This document shows, in pieces, positions 25,510 to 38,257 of a DNA stretch of 49,629 nt. The notes beneath the pieces were generated by a model. The model did no database searches. It worked only from the letters and a program-made list of their open reading frames with translations, and was not told the DNA's origin. This stretch comes from Bigelowiella natans CCMP2755. Its lineage: Eukaryota; Protista; Cercozoa. Numbering within the stretch: position 1 is the stretch's first letter; the number at the start of each line of letters is the position of its first letter. The stretch is from the NCBI GenBank assembly GCA_000320545.1, contig ADNK01002966.1:1-49629 (forward strand), read 5' to 3'. Both the position numbers and the translations under genes were made by a program.

Positions 25510-26042
25510 GATCGAGAGCACCATCGATGCGGTATTATTTACAGATAAGTAAATGAGTGCGGTGTGATGTTCCTTCCTACTACTGCGTTTAAATACGTCC
25601 TCGATCAAGCATATCATATATATATCAATATATATCATATACCGCATAGATATTGGCTATATCACTTGGTGTTTTATTTTCATAATTCGCGCGCCGGCAG
25701 TGCGCGTGTATGTGCGTGCAATGGCTGCTGCTCTAATACCCATTGTCATGCCCACATGCCGACGTGGTGAGCTTTCGGAGAGGTAAATCTGATAGATAGC
25801 GTTTAAAGATGATAACCCGACAATGCATCGTTTATTACAAAATCCCCCCCCTTTGATGATATCGTTGTTTTGTGTGTGCTACTGTCAATACTGGCCATCG
25901 TGGTTATCAGTAGATGTGAGGCGATGGGTATATTACTTACTATAGCGGGGAATGATGGTGGTATATAGGTATACTACCTACTCTAGCGGCATATGATGAT
26001 GATGATGATGATGCTATGGTGTTTGATAGTCATTACTTTTAC

Positions 26043-26108
<66 letters not shown>

Positions 26109-26197
26109 ATGAATATATTTATTACAATTCCAGATCCTAGTTCTCCCCCGATTCCAAGGCCTTGAGTTATGCGGAGACAGAGCAACCCTAATGCATA

Positions 26198-26258
<61 letters not shown>

Positions 26259-26519
26259 ATCACCCTCTGCTGCACGTAGTACCTGCCAGGCCTATGGTGC
26301 CTCCTACCTTTCCCCCAGCTCGATACGAGGGCAAAGCGCTGCAATGAAGGAGCACAACACAATGTGAGGATTATTCACGACTTCATTATATTGAGGCTTG
26401 TTTTTAACTGGTATGATTCTTTGGTGATATTCGCAAAATATGTACGCACACATAGAAACACCTCTCTTCATGCCCCCCCCCCTCCCCACCCTTCGCTCTC
26501 CTTGCCGTTTTGCTATGAG

Positions 26520-26583
<64 letters not shown>

Positions 26584-26590
26584 TATGTAA

Positions 26591-26628
<38 letters not shown>

Positions 26629-26697
26629 TTAAGATACCATTTATAGGTGGTAGTTGGGTAGCAAGCACATATAGTAAATACAAATCATCATAAACAT

Positions 26698-26742
<45 letters not shown>

Positions 26743-27788
26743 ACCCTTGTAACACTGTAGAGCACACCACAGCGATGGAAGCAACCCTAATCACGACGAT
26801 GATAACGATGATGAAAACGATGATGATGATTAGGACGATGATGATGATGACGACGATAAGGATGAAGAGGAAGCTCTTACTCAAAACAAATTAATACACA
26901 TTGTGAATTACAAGCAATGAATCCAGCATGTTCTCTTCTAGCTACAACAGCCGCCCCCAGCCCCCCCCCCCCCCAAACACACACAGCCACCACCACCACC
27001 ACCACCACCACTTCATTTTATTCCGAAACAGCATCATATTTATCGTCGCTGATCATCACCAAAACGCCGGTTTCCTCCCCATAACATCGCCAAGATATCC
27101 GATCAAAAAACCGCCTGAGCACAGAGAACAACAACGGCATTCAAACCACACGGCTCCACCCACCCTCCCCTCTCTCTCTCTCGTGCTTTCATCTTCAATG
27201 GTAAAAGCGACGCTCGACGAAATTGATATTTACTTGCTACTGCCCCTCCGCTCATATGCATCCATATCCACCGCGTTTTTTCAATTATACACATGCATGT
27301 ATTTGTTCTGTATTGCTCCTTCCTAGCAGAGCTCCTACTACCACTTCTACTTAATCAATCAACTATCACTTACCGATGGGCCGACAGAGAAAAGCAATAC
27401 TGAAGATGAACCATACAGTGACGTGGTCGCTGTGTATTGTGTGGACAATATATGGTGGAAACGTCAATCCGTGATTGCATTTGTATCTTTCACACCTCAA
27501 CACCCAAAAGAAGTATCTTCTCTCCTCTTTTCCTCTCCCACGACGCGTTTATCGCTCGCCCCCCTCTCTCCATCTGGTGGTGGCTACTTCTCACCCGTAC
27601 GCGAAGTTCTCCGATATGGGATCGACTAAATACGCAAATGTGGGGAACTCGATCCATTCAAAGGTGTTGGCCAGCATAGGAACCCTGTGCATTGTGTGCA
27701 TGTGTTATATCCGTATGCATACAACAAAAGGGGGGGGGGGTGAGAAAGTGTAGCAGACCGAAGAACGCTTCCTCACGTGGTGAGCAAC

Positions 27789-27829
<41 letters not shown>

Positions 27830-27992
27830 ATATATACATGTATGTGTGTGTATAATGTAGCACAAAAACGTATACCAGTTCTCCTTTAAGAAGGCCCCAG
27901 ATTCCGAGAAATACCTTGATAGGTTTCACAAAAGAGAGGAATAATAGAAGCGGGGGAGGGTTGGAGAAGGGGATAGAATGAGATGCATATGC

Positions 27993-28035
<43 letters not shown>

Positions 28036-28351
28036 TCATTTCTTTTTATGTGCAAACTCGTCATCGTTGTTAGTCAGTAACACCCATCCGAACGCCATTT
28101 TCGTTGGGCTACAGATGGCTTCTGCTCGCTCTGTGTCCAACATACACAAAAACAGCAAGTTTTTCTCAATTCCCCCACACATCCTAGAGTTTCCCAGGTG
28201 TTGTTCTCCAAGACTCTCAGTCATCGGCAATGGTATGTGTCAGAACGTGTGGACGCGGAGATAGATTATTGCCGTGATGCTCGTTACTTACCCCTGTTGT
28301 GTTTCCATTTATGAGCCCCGCTTTGACATCCTGGTCCTCGACGTCTTGCAT
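22973..28351 (-). CDS. MFS transporter, metabolite:H+ symporter (ProP/MHS-like) family, many short exons
   Basis: Exon translations in the expected order: LANTFEWIEFPTFAYL; FIFSIAFLCRPI; GGFLIGYLGDVMGRK (motif A); LRITQGLGIGGELG; YDWGWGLPFLLALIPG; DETTVFEK; SDIFHPKARHRGVGLGYNTSIMIFGGLGP. The start exon (MQDVEDQDVKAGL) is inferred. Confidence 0.82.
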
Positions 28352-29001
28352 CTTGGCAAGGAGCTTCCTGTCGTCGAGACTGCTCAAAGGGCGGGGGTAT
28401 ATAACACACCAAACGCATATATTTCTTTTAACTAACTTTGTTATGAAGGACAGCATTGGGAAAGCACCACGCACACGCACATGAAAGCGGCACAAGCGTT
28501 TTCGCTGCCGTCGCCATTCCAACCCAACATCTCCTCTCTTCCCCAAAACACCAAAGGCAACATCCACAGACACCATCTAGTTCCATTCCGCTATTATAAC
28601 GGTACCCCTTCCAAGTACAAACGCCGAATTTGCGCGGCAGGGAGCAGGGAGGGGATGGATCTCACCTGGAATGGATTATTTCTGGGATGGCTACAGGGCA
28701 AGATTGCTCGCGAGAGACTTCTGCTGTTTTTTACTGCGACAACAAAAATTCCCTTGTCGCACTCAAAATTCCCCGCGAAACATGCCTCGTTTCTGCTGTT
28801 CAGATACGAAGGGAACACCGAGGAAACCAAAACCAGCCCGATTTTTTAACGAAGTCTGACTTAAAAATGGTAGAAATTAAAGGGGATTTGTGTATGAGCG
28901 ACATCATATTCATTGTCGCAGGAAAAACGGCCTTTCTCGTACGAGTACGACTGCCTCTCGGAATTCCAATTCTTAGCCATTATTTGGGGGGAGGAGACCA
29001 G

Positions 29002-29843
29002 ATGCGAGATATTGCAGCGGCCATCATTCTAGGCCTTTGCGGGAGCGTCTATGGAGCTGACACCGAGGATAATTTTACAGCGAAAGTGCGTGCGTGCATG
29101 CATGCGTGTGTGTGTGGGGGGGGTGGTGGTTTGAGTCGCGCCATTGACAACTCTCTCACAGAAAATGCGTTTTGCCGCCCTCTTTCAGCAAGACCAGACC
29201 ATCGTTACTGTCGCGGCTGTGTTCTCTGTATTCTCCTTCATAGGGTAGGGAAGTAGATAGCGATGTTGGAACGATTGTAGAGAGCTATGATGCATTCTGT
29301 TATCTTCATGTCTCGAGCTATCTAATATCTCTCGTCATCGCGACTCCGCTCTCCTTTATTGCCCATGCTGGGTTTCAGATCATCTTTTATCGTTTTCATG
29401 TACTTGCGACATCCGAAGGTAGTAATAGCAGTAGCAGTAGTAGGAGTATGAGTAGTAGTCGCTCTCCTCGCTATGATGATAAACTATACCCATTAACTCA
29501 AATAGCTCCGAAGCTTGATGTTCCGCCTCGTCGTCTGGATTTCAGTCTCCGATATAATTTCCTCCCTCGGGCTTCTTTTCGGTACCGCACTTCCCCACGA
29601 ACTCACACACTTTCTGCTGTACGCTTTTCGGCTGCGGGTGGGGCCTTGGTTACGTGCTCATCCTCGAATATCCTCGCTCCTTCCAGGAAATCCATCGGAT
29701 GGATCAGGCGCTTGTTACGCGCAGGTTGTGACTTATAGTTAGAGCCCTCCTGAACGAACTTTAATTTACCAGGAAGATACATCTGGATAGATTAGCAAAT
29801 GTTCCGATTTGAAAATTAACAGGATACTTGCGCCCTCTTTCCC

Positions 29844-29890
<47 letters not shown>

Positions 29891-32181
29891 TTGTCTGGCT
29901 CTTGGTTTCCCCCCCTCCCCTTCCTTTCCCGTTTCCTATGGTCCTCCACAGGCAGTGCTCACGCAGCTATTCCAAATAGCTTCGATGCTGTGGACGGTCG
30001 CAGTAGCACTGGTGGTACAGATGGTTTGGAGCAAATCGAGAACGCTTGCTCAACTCGACGTATACCCATAATTAACCACAATCACAATGTGCTTTTACAG
30101 TAAAGGCATCTTGCCTCTGTCAATGAAAATCTTCTGAATTTACTTTATGTGCTTGTCTACTTTCCCCTCCCACCGCCTCCCCCTCCCCCCCCTACATTAT
30201 CAGGCTGATTACTGGAAGATACACGCAGTCGTGTGGGGAAGTAAGCTCATGGAATGCATGAGCAAATTGGATTTGCGACTAGATGATAATAATGATGATA
30301 GTGATAATGATGATGACGGGGATATAAATGTTAGTGATGGTGATGATGATGGTGATGATTCTTCTGCAAGCGGAGCGAGGTGAGAAAGTGGATTGCTTTG
30401 TTTTTGAAATGTTATTCAAGCCACCGTTCTCCTAGCCATACCAGCTGCAGCAAGCAGGAATTATGGAGAAACGGCAGGGTCAATGAACAACGATGATGAC
30501 GAGGATATTCTCGATGACGATGATGATAATGACGATGATATTGATGATGATGATGATATTGATGACGATGATGATAATAATGATGATGATGATGATGATG
30601 GTGAAAAAGGCGTGGTTGAGAGTTAATGTAGCACGCATTCTGTGAATGTCCTGAAAAATAGCGAGTAAATTGCGACGAAACGGTTGATCGTTACAACTGC
30701 GAGGCGAGAGCTGCATCTTCGTGTCGCTGTTTATTCTCTGCGCCAACTGTTATTTATGCAAGAAGAAGAATACGGAGAAGACAACGATGACCCTGTGATG
30801 TTTGACTTATACGTGCTGCTAGATGGTTCTTATTCGTCTTTGCGGCTTTTCGTTAATTGCTCCTGGGCGATGATGTGATAATACATTCCCAGATGGTGCT
30901 GGATCACGGTGCATCGGAGAGAAGCATTGGTTGATATATAATAGTCTTGCTCTCCTTCATTCTTCTTCTTCTTCTTCTTCTTCTTCTTCCTCTCGCTTGT
31001 TCATGGATGATACTAGCAACCACACTCGTCTACAACATGAGAGCCTTGAGAGAAGACCCAATCGAATCCAAGATATTGAGAAATGAGGAGGAGGACATAT
31101 GTTTACCGAATAGGGGACGGCGTGGCGGTTTGTGTGCTTCTACATTCCTCTCTGGTTCATCGCCGCGTACAACCTGAGGGTATTCTGGGTGGTGAGAAGT
31201 CAAGTAAAGCAGGTAGTGCTGATGGATTAGCAAAGCTGCTGACAACGGCAAAAGATAGCACGAACGATAATACCTCGAGAGGCAAGCATTCCGGAGGGGC
31301 AATGATCGATGAGCTTTCGGTTCAACGACGTGTTTCTTTTTAAATATATCAAGTAGTAAAATAAAAGAGACGATAGGAGCATCGTCGATGGTCCGTGTGC
31401 CTCGACAGATTTCACCAATCTTTATCATCTTTTGCTGTGTACAAACCAACCCTCAATGACCCCGAGTATGTTGTTAATAAAAGATATCAGCCAATGGGGC
31501 AGCTCTCCCCCGCAGCGTGCAAGCTCTGGCAAGAATGGTTATGCATCACCGCAGTTCTCATCCTACTCTCCATCATCGCCATTTGTCATCTTCAATATAA
31601 TGAGTATTCTCACAGCCCTCCCCCCCCCCTCCTCTCTGCCTCTCTTTCTATCACTCTGCAAAGGTGTGGTACCCTGTTGTGCTTGTCATTTGCTACATCT
31701 TTGGCACTATAAACCGGTAATGACCGCACACGCCACTCTCCTGATAGTAGTGATTACACGTTTTCGAAAGAATGGTTACAGAAGATAGCGACATAAGGGC
31801 AGAGAGGGTAGATTTAACGAATATGCAAGGAGGATTTTGTAGTATACACTCCTAATCAGAATAAAATTAGTAGTACGTCCTATTTACTTATATGGCTTGT
31901 GCGTGTGTGTGTGTCTGTGTGTGTGGTCGATTCCTAGCATTCAAAACATCTTCAGTCCCCCAATCTACGAGATTGTCATTCTGCACGCATTATTCCAAAG
32001 CTCACAGGTGTGGCACGACATCGTCCCTCATCATCCTCATCATCCCCATCATCGTTGTCGTCATCATCATCATAGAAACATGGCTTACTGCACGATGTAG
32101 ATAGTTCTTACATATCTTTATGCTTATTCGCCGTGGTATATTCGTTTATTCAGTAGATTGAGAGTATACGTACGTGCACAT

Positions 32182-32219
<38 letters not shown>

Positions 32220-32257
32220 TATCTGTATACGTGTACGTGTCAGATGTATTGATTTTA

Positions 32258-32296
<39 letters not shown>

Positions 32297-33126
32297 TGGA
32301 TTTTCAGGGCATTGGCAATGCTATTGTTTATGGGACAACACCATCCGTGCAAGAGGTCGGTGTTTTACCTGTTTCATAGCCGCGCAAAGCAGCATTCGAG
32401 TAGGGGGGGGTGATATTCTCAATATTCGTTGTTCACCACGATAACATCTGTTTCAGTATATTTTATCACCATCCTCATCACCATCGTCGTCATCCTCATC
32501 ATCATCATCGTTACAATCGTAAAAACTTTAATTTGTAATGTACAAATACATACTGGCCCACACACACACGCACACATATATTTATATTGATCGATATATG
32601 TCTATCACAACTGTGCTTATGTGATTAGGCGTTGGGGGAGATGGTATATGGTAAGAATTCGGCCCAACAAAAGTAACAAAATAGCAGCTCTGCAGCAACG
32701 ACGATGATGATGATGATGATGATAGTGATGATGATGATGATGGGATGATAATGCTGACTCGAATGTAAACGAAGTGAACGATAAAGATCCCAGAAGATGA
32801 TGAAGAAGAAGGAGAGCATTTCGAAAAAATATACTATCTTCTCTCTGATGATTTCCTCTCTGTATAGCCAAACAAAGCACACAAGGAAATGTGCCATAGT
32901 CTCCACACACGCGCGCGCGCGCACACACACACACACACAGACACATACACACACACACGCACATGCACGCACATGCACATACACTTCCGTGCACTTTAGC
33001 ATAACACCACTCATTGACATCTCATGGAAAAGGCCTAAAATTGATTCGCGTGTCGTTAGTATGATTGACGAGGAAAGCAACTTCGAGCCTGCTGTAGAGC
33101 TGTCACAATCAGAAACCAAATACTGA
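29002..33126 (+). CDS. 7-TM G-protein-coupled receptor, cAMP-receptor-like (CAR/GCR1-type), many short exons
   Basis: Exon translations: MRDIAAAIILGLCGSVYG (signal-like); TIVTVAAVFSVFSFIG; MFRLVVWISVSDIISSLG; CYAQ; AVLTQLFQIASMLWTVAVA; IHAVVWG; WCWI; RFVCFYIPLWFIAAYN; QGIGNAIVYGTT. These match the hallmarks of the family. 3' end approximate. Confidence 0.78.
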
Positions 33127-33767
33127 TGATAAATAATGATGGGGCTTTGACAAAGCAGTGATTTCGCACATTCCCTCATTCGAAGCTCTCCAGCAATGCA
33201 AATGCGCGTAAGCAACACCTGAGCAGAGAATGCAATGGAAACAATGACGAATGCATAAGTACGGTCCGTGCTGTGATGATGTGCGCTCGAGACAATAGAT
33301 ATCCGGCCGTGGGACACAGATAGATTAATCCGCCATTTGTGCATTTTGTTGTGGAATGAATGAAGCTTTTACATGTTTGATTCGTGCATGTAGCGTACGC
33401 ATACGTGTGCACACGATGGCAAGCAAGTGGAAGAAGGGAGTGTGAGGACAAGGTGTGGGACTTCACAATCACAGCAACTGCAACAAGTGAATCTAGGAAC
33501 ATGCACACGCTTTGCATGATGTCATCGAGCGCATTTGTTTCACTGATCCAAAGCAAATGACGTCGTTTGTAGTAGCTCAAGAGCTGTGCACACATTGTCT
33601 ACAACAGTGCAAAAATGATTGATGTCTACGTGCACACAAGATGCAATGAACAGCTAAAGCAGCAGATTTGATGATTTCATGATGCTTTTTGGTGAGATCA
33701 TTTTTCAGTGTTTGAATGGTCACTGGCATCGGCGGATTTTCTGTTAATCTACCGCCTTCTTCAGGTC

Positions 33768-35201
33768 TTACTCCACGCCCAAACCCTGTTGGCGGCAATA
33801 TTTCAGATTGAACTGAGCTTTGCTGTGTCCTTGGTCGGCGGCTTTTGCATACCACTCGACCGCCTTCTTGAGGTCTTGCTCCACGCCCAAACCCTGTTCG
33901 TAGCAATATCCCAGATGAAACTGAGCTTTGCTTTCACCTTGGTTGGCGACTTTTGTGTACCACTCGACCGCCTTCTTGAGGTCTTGCTCCACGCCCAAAC
34001 CCTTTTCGTAGCGATGTCCCAGATTGAACTGAGCTTTGCTTTCACCTTGGTCGGCGGCTTTTGTATGCCACTCGACCGCCTTCTTGAGGTCTTGCTCCAC
34101 GCCCAAACCCTGTTCGTAGCAACATCCCAGATTGAACTGAGCTTTGCTTTCACCTTGGTCGGCGGCTTTTGCATACCACTCGACCGCCTTCTTGAGGTCT
34201 TGCTCCACGCCCAAACCCTGATGGTAGCAACATCCTAGATTGAACTGAGCATTGCTGAGTCCTTTGTCGGCGGCTTTTGTATACCACTCGACCGCCTTCT
34301 TGAGGTCTTGCTCCACGCCAAAACCCTGATGGTAGCAAATTCCCAGATTGTACTGAGCTTTGCTGTGTCCTTGGTCGGCGGTTTTTGTATACCACTCGAC
34401 CGCCTTCTTGAGGTCTTGCTCCACGCCAAAACCCTCATCGTAGCAATATCCCAGATTGAACTGAGCTTTGCTGTTTCCTTGGTCGGCAGCTTTTGTATAC
34501 CACTCGACCGCCTTCTTAAGGTCTTGCTCGACGCCCATATTATTATAGTAGCAATACGCAACCATTACCTGAGCTCTGCTGTCACCCTTGAGCGCTGCTT
34601 TGAAAAACCATTTAAATGCCTCTTTCATATTTTTCTTTACGCCGTCGCCATTGTAGTAACACCATCCTAGGTCGTATTGAGCCTCGCTACTCCCGTTATT
34701 CGCTTCCACTATGTACCACTCGATGAATGCAGCTGCAATGTTTACAGAGCCAAGAGTCATACCCATTCTGAGATTGGAAAATGAAAATTGAAGCAAACTG
34801 TCTTGCATTGAGTTCTTTGATTCCATGGAATCTGGTAATGAGAATGCTCCTGGTTTGGTCGATGCCATCACATCTAATCTATCAGTAGTTGCGGTTCTCG
34901 CTGTTTTGCGTTTCTTTTTGTTTCCGATGCACCTATCTTTGACTTCTGCACTCGTTCTGCAGTTGCTAGAACCAGAGGGGTTCTTCCTCAGTTGGAAGGA
35001 GGCTTTACGGGAAATATCGACCGACAGCATCTTGATAGCACTCTGACGAGTTACATAGATGCGGTCTTCTTGCGTCTGTTTGCTCGTATTATGGTTGTGT
35101 GCATTGGGGTTGGTCTGATTGGGTTGATAGAATGTGTTACTCCCATCATTAGGAGCGGGACAGGGGCATCCGTCGTGGGATTTCGCAACGATTCTTCCCA
35201 T
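33768..35201 (-). CDS. Sel1-like repeat protein (9 x 36-aa units, last one truncated by a stop)
   Basis: AQFNLGxCYxxGxGVEQDLKKAVEWYxKAADQG units with 108-bp period. The final unit has CAA->TAA and decays after 33768. The true start codon is uncertain. Confidence 0.9.
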   Translation of the reverse strand: MGRIVAKSHDGCPCPAPNDGSNTFYQPNQTNPNAHNHNTSKQTQEDRIYVTRQSAIKMLSVDISRKASFQLRKNPSGSSNCRTSAEVKDRCIGNKKKRKTARTATTDRLDVMASTKPGAFSLPDSMESKNSMQDSLLQFSFSNLRMGMTLGSVNIAAAFIEWYIVEANNGSSEAQYDLGWCYYNGDGVKKNMKEAFKWFFKAALKGDSRAQVMVAYCYYNNMGVEQDLKKAVEWYTKAADQGNSKAQFNLGYCYDEGFGVEQDLKKAVEWYTKTADQGHSKAQYNLGICYHQGFGVEQDLKKAVEWYTKAADKGLSNAQFNLGCCYHQGLGVEQDLKKAVEWYAKAADQGESKAQFNLGCCYEQGLGVEQDLKKAVEWHTKAADQGESKAQFNLGHRYEKGLGVEQDLKKAVEWYTKVANQGESKAQFHLGYCYEQGLGVEQDLKKAVEWYAKAADQGHSKAQFNLKYCRQQGLGVE

Positions 35202-35312
35202 TTCCTGAACACCATTTACCTAGATGCACGAACGAACGACAGGAAAATGACATTTCGTACGAAAGCTTCATTCTAATCCACGAAATGGAAATATTTTTAC
35301 ACTCTCTTTGTC

Positions 35313-35349
<37 letters not shown>

Positions 35350-35353
35350 TATT

Positions 35354-35396
<43 letters not shown>

Positions 35397-35487
35397 CGAA
35401 AAAAAAACTTTTGCATTTACATTCATACACATCCACACACTCATACATTTATGCATGTATGTGTGGAAAGATCGTCATCTCATAGTA

Positions 35488-36132
35488 TTATTCCACCTGC
35501 TTCCCATCGAGACCCATGCCCTTCTGAAGCGGTGGCGAGCTTTCAATATCCATGTCCTCTCCCATCGCTCTCGTGTCGGAAAGTGAGATATTTTCTACAC
35601 TTGACGGTAATACAGCACAAGCAGCAGTTGTTGCATCGCGTATTCCTCCAAATTCCTTCTTCTCTTTTCTGGTGGTACGGCTTGTCGAAAGCGATGGGCT
35701 GAACTCGATGATAACATTCTTGCCAGCCTGTTTATACCGAACGCGAGATATTCGTTTGCGGAAGAATATGCGAAGAACAGAAATTCCAGTCAAATCATCG
35801 CTCGTGTTTCTCCTTTTGTTTGTTCTTTTGAACAATTCGATGACGTTGAAGGAGGCTGACTTCTTGGTTGCACCGGTTAGACAACTGATCCGCATTTGTT
35901 CCTCTCCGATCCATTCGCAATCTTCAAATCTTTTCCGGGGTCGTACATAATTAAAAATCTTGCACGGAATGATTGCCGAAAAACTACGGTCGGCATCTGA
36001 CCACTCGACTTCGAGCTTGTCACGGTTTTTCACCGGATATGTCAGTGCTTCCTGAACATGTTGGGCAGTGTAGACTTCTTTCGCGTCAACATTCTGAGCA
36101 GTGTAAATTTTGCTGTTGTCGGGCAATCGCAC
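35488..36132 (-). CDS. Hypothetical protein (214-aa ORF, possibly the last exon of a longer gene)
   Basis: Long ORF in DNA of normal TpA content with globular-like composition; no recognised motif. Confidence 0.4.
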   Translation of the reverse strand: MRLPDNSKIYTAQNVDAKEVYTAQHVQEALTYPVKNRDKLEVEWSDADRSFSAIIPCKIFNYVRPRKRFEDCEWIGEEQMRISCLTGATKKSASFNVIELFKRTNKRRNTSDDLTGISVLRIFFRKRISRVRYKQAGKNVIIEFSPSLSTSRTTRKEKKEFGGIRDATTAACAVLPSSVENISLSDTRAMGEDMDIESSPPLQKGMGLDGKQVE

Positions 36133-37201
36133 ATAGGAGATGCAGAAAGATTATGCCTCTTCTTCGGTAGAATTGTTGATTTGCATGTAGTAGGTCAGAT
36201 TTGGCCCGAATCACACCTTTCCTGAAATAGAAACGAGAGAATCAATGAAACATTCAAGAACTGCATGTGAATCATCGCAATCACTTTAATCACTTGAAAT
36301 ATAAAGTCCGGAGAGTGATGAATTCCAAACGATTGCTCTGTGGATGGTGGTGGGGCAGACAGATATGGCAGACAGGTGTCCCGTTCCTTCGTTTGAGAGT
36401 CGCAACAGTTTCTAATTTCTAATAAATAAAAATAGATTTGAACGCAAGTCGCATCCCAAAAATCAATGTGACTTTCTACCTGTTCGTCCCTTCCCGCAAA
36501 ATTCTTGGATCTTTTGCTTGCAATGATGGCTTTGACAACCTTTGGCACAACATGACGACACACGCAACGACAATGAAAATCATAGGGTATTCTGGAGGAA
36601 ATCACTGCGAGTGCAACTGTGCGACTACGACAATAAAAATCCTATCAGACTCCATAGATGATCTTCGGATACAGTACTAGATAGATCTAATACTCACATA
36701 CGTATTTTCCAAGTTTACCGTGCGGCGATGAGCACGATGGCTTTGACTACATTGTTCATTGTTCATTGATGGCTTTGACTACTCTCGACATCGCCCGTTC
36801 ATTTTAATCGATGCGCGTCCATGATGATCGGTTTGACCATCGGTGACTTGCCGAAAATAAGACCAGCACGAGGGCCCAAACCACTGGTGACGATGAGAAA
36901 TTGCTGGCGATTTGCCTTGATGTTCGGAACTTGTATCTAGAAAGAGCACACAAATCCGGTGATTGATGTCGAGATTAGGCATGTAACTACAAGGCAGTGA
37001 CGAAAAGCACAGCTTTTCAGAATCTCGTTGACGATGTTGGGGTTCAAAGAAACGCGGTATGCAGGGGACTAGTCCAATTTTGACCTTTCGATTTCGCAAT
37101 ACACGTAGAAACACCTTCACAGAACAATTCAAACTGAAGTTGGGCAGGCTGGACGGACGAAACCCCAGCATCGTCACAACCTTTCACTTTCAAAGAGGAC
37201 C

Positions 37202-38257
37202 ATGAGTGACTCTCTGTGCCAGGATGATTACTTCCCCTTCTCTCCCCAAATGGATTTACCATTGATATCGATGTGCTCCAATGATACACATCGTCACAAT
37301 CTTTTAGACTTTCTGTTCCAGGATGATCACTTCCCCTTCTCTGCCCAAACCCATCTACCAATGATATCGATGTGCTCCAATTGCACTTTCCGCAGATTCG
37401 GTTCTGGGCTATCGTCTATGGTGCAAGAGACTCCAACGTTCGAATCTAACAATTTCAATCTAAGTCAGGATAGCGACAGTGAAGCTTCTTATGAAATATT
37501 TGCGACCAACGGCGACGCCATGTTCAATTCACCGAAAAGTGAACACTTACAGGCATTGCTCGACGACCAAACGCTAAAACCTTCAACAACTCGTAATCAA
37601 TGCGCAAGGAGCAATGCTGATGACGATACTTCGATCTCCATTGTTAACGACATTTCCGATAGCTGCAAAGGAACTCGTAGCTTGGCATCCCTTAGCTCTG
37701 TAACCTGCACTGCAGCCCATTGCGAGAGAAGAGCTATTTGGTCTTCTTTCAAAATTTTGAAGCCGGAGATCTACTATTCTGAAGAAACGAAGGCATTGAG
37801 GGAGCTTTCGACCGGGTTATTCGCCCTCCACAACTTGGAAGAATCCTCAAGAAGTTCTATTGTCACGGTTAGAGGTACCAAACTTGGCTATGCTTGTCAG
37901 TTGAAGTGTGGCAAGCACCTATCCTGCACAAAACGGCGACGACGGAAGCATGGGCAGCTTAAGCGTGGACCCGATGGGCGAAATGTACGGAAACACTGGG
38001 CAAGCTGCAGTAACATGCCTCACAGCATGAAATCACTTACTCGGATTCTTCGAGAACACATCGCCAGCATGTCTAAGAAGCAGAAAAAAAGTGAGGATGT
38101 CGTCCTAAATGGTAGCCATTATCAGAAGCTCTCAGAAGAGGCCAAGCAGATATCTGAATATTACTCTGCCCTCAGTGCTGCCTGTTCGGCTCTCGCAATC
38201 GAGGCGAATTACGTAACTGGAGATATTAAGGAGAAGCTCAACAATTCAAACGCCTAA
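37202..38257 (+). CDS. Hypothetical Ser-rich protein (351 aa) with an in-frame N-terminal duplication and a basic Cys/His segment
   Basis: Uninterrupted ORF. The QDD(Y/H)FPFS.Q..LP.ISMCSN segment is duplicated with a 99-nt period. Also contains CQLKCGKHLSCTKRRRRKH. Confidence 0.6.
   Translation: MSDSLCQDDYFPFSPQMDLPLISMCSNDTHRHNLLDFLFQDDHFPFSAQTHLPMISMCSNCTFRRFGSGLSSMVQETPTFESNNFNLSQDSDSEASYEIFATNGDAMFNSPKSEHLQALLDDQTLKPSTTRNQCARSNADDDTSISIVNDISDSCKGTRSLASLSSVTCTAAHCERRAIWSSFKILKPEIYYSEETKALRELSTGLFALHNLEESSRSSIVTVRGTKLGYACQLKCGKHLSCTKRRRRKHGQLKRGPDGRNVRKHWASCSNMPHSMKSLTRILREHIASMSKKQKKSEDVVLNGSHYQKLSEEAKQISEYYSALSAACSALAIEANYVTGDIKEKLNNSNA

Noticed and set aside
23323-27000. ORFs with poly-CV, YI, HT, ER or II tracts
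   Set aside because: These are translations of intronic microsatellites ((TG)n, (TA)n, (GA)n, (GAT)n) within the MFS gene.
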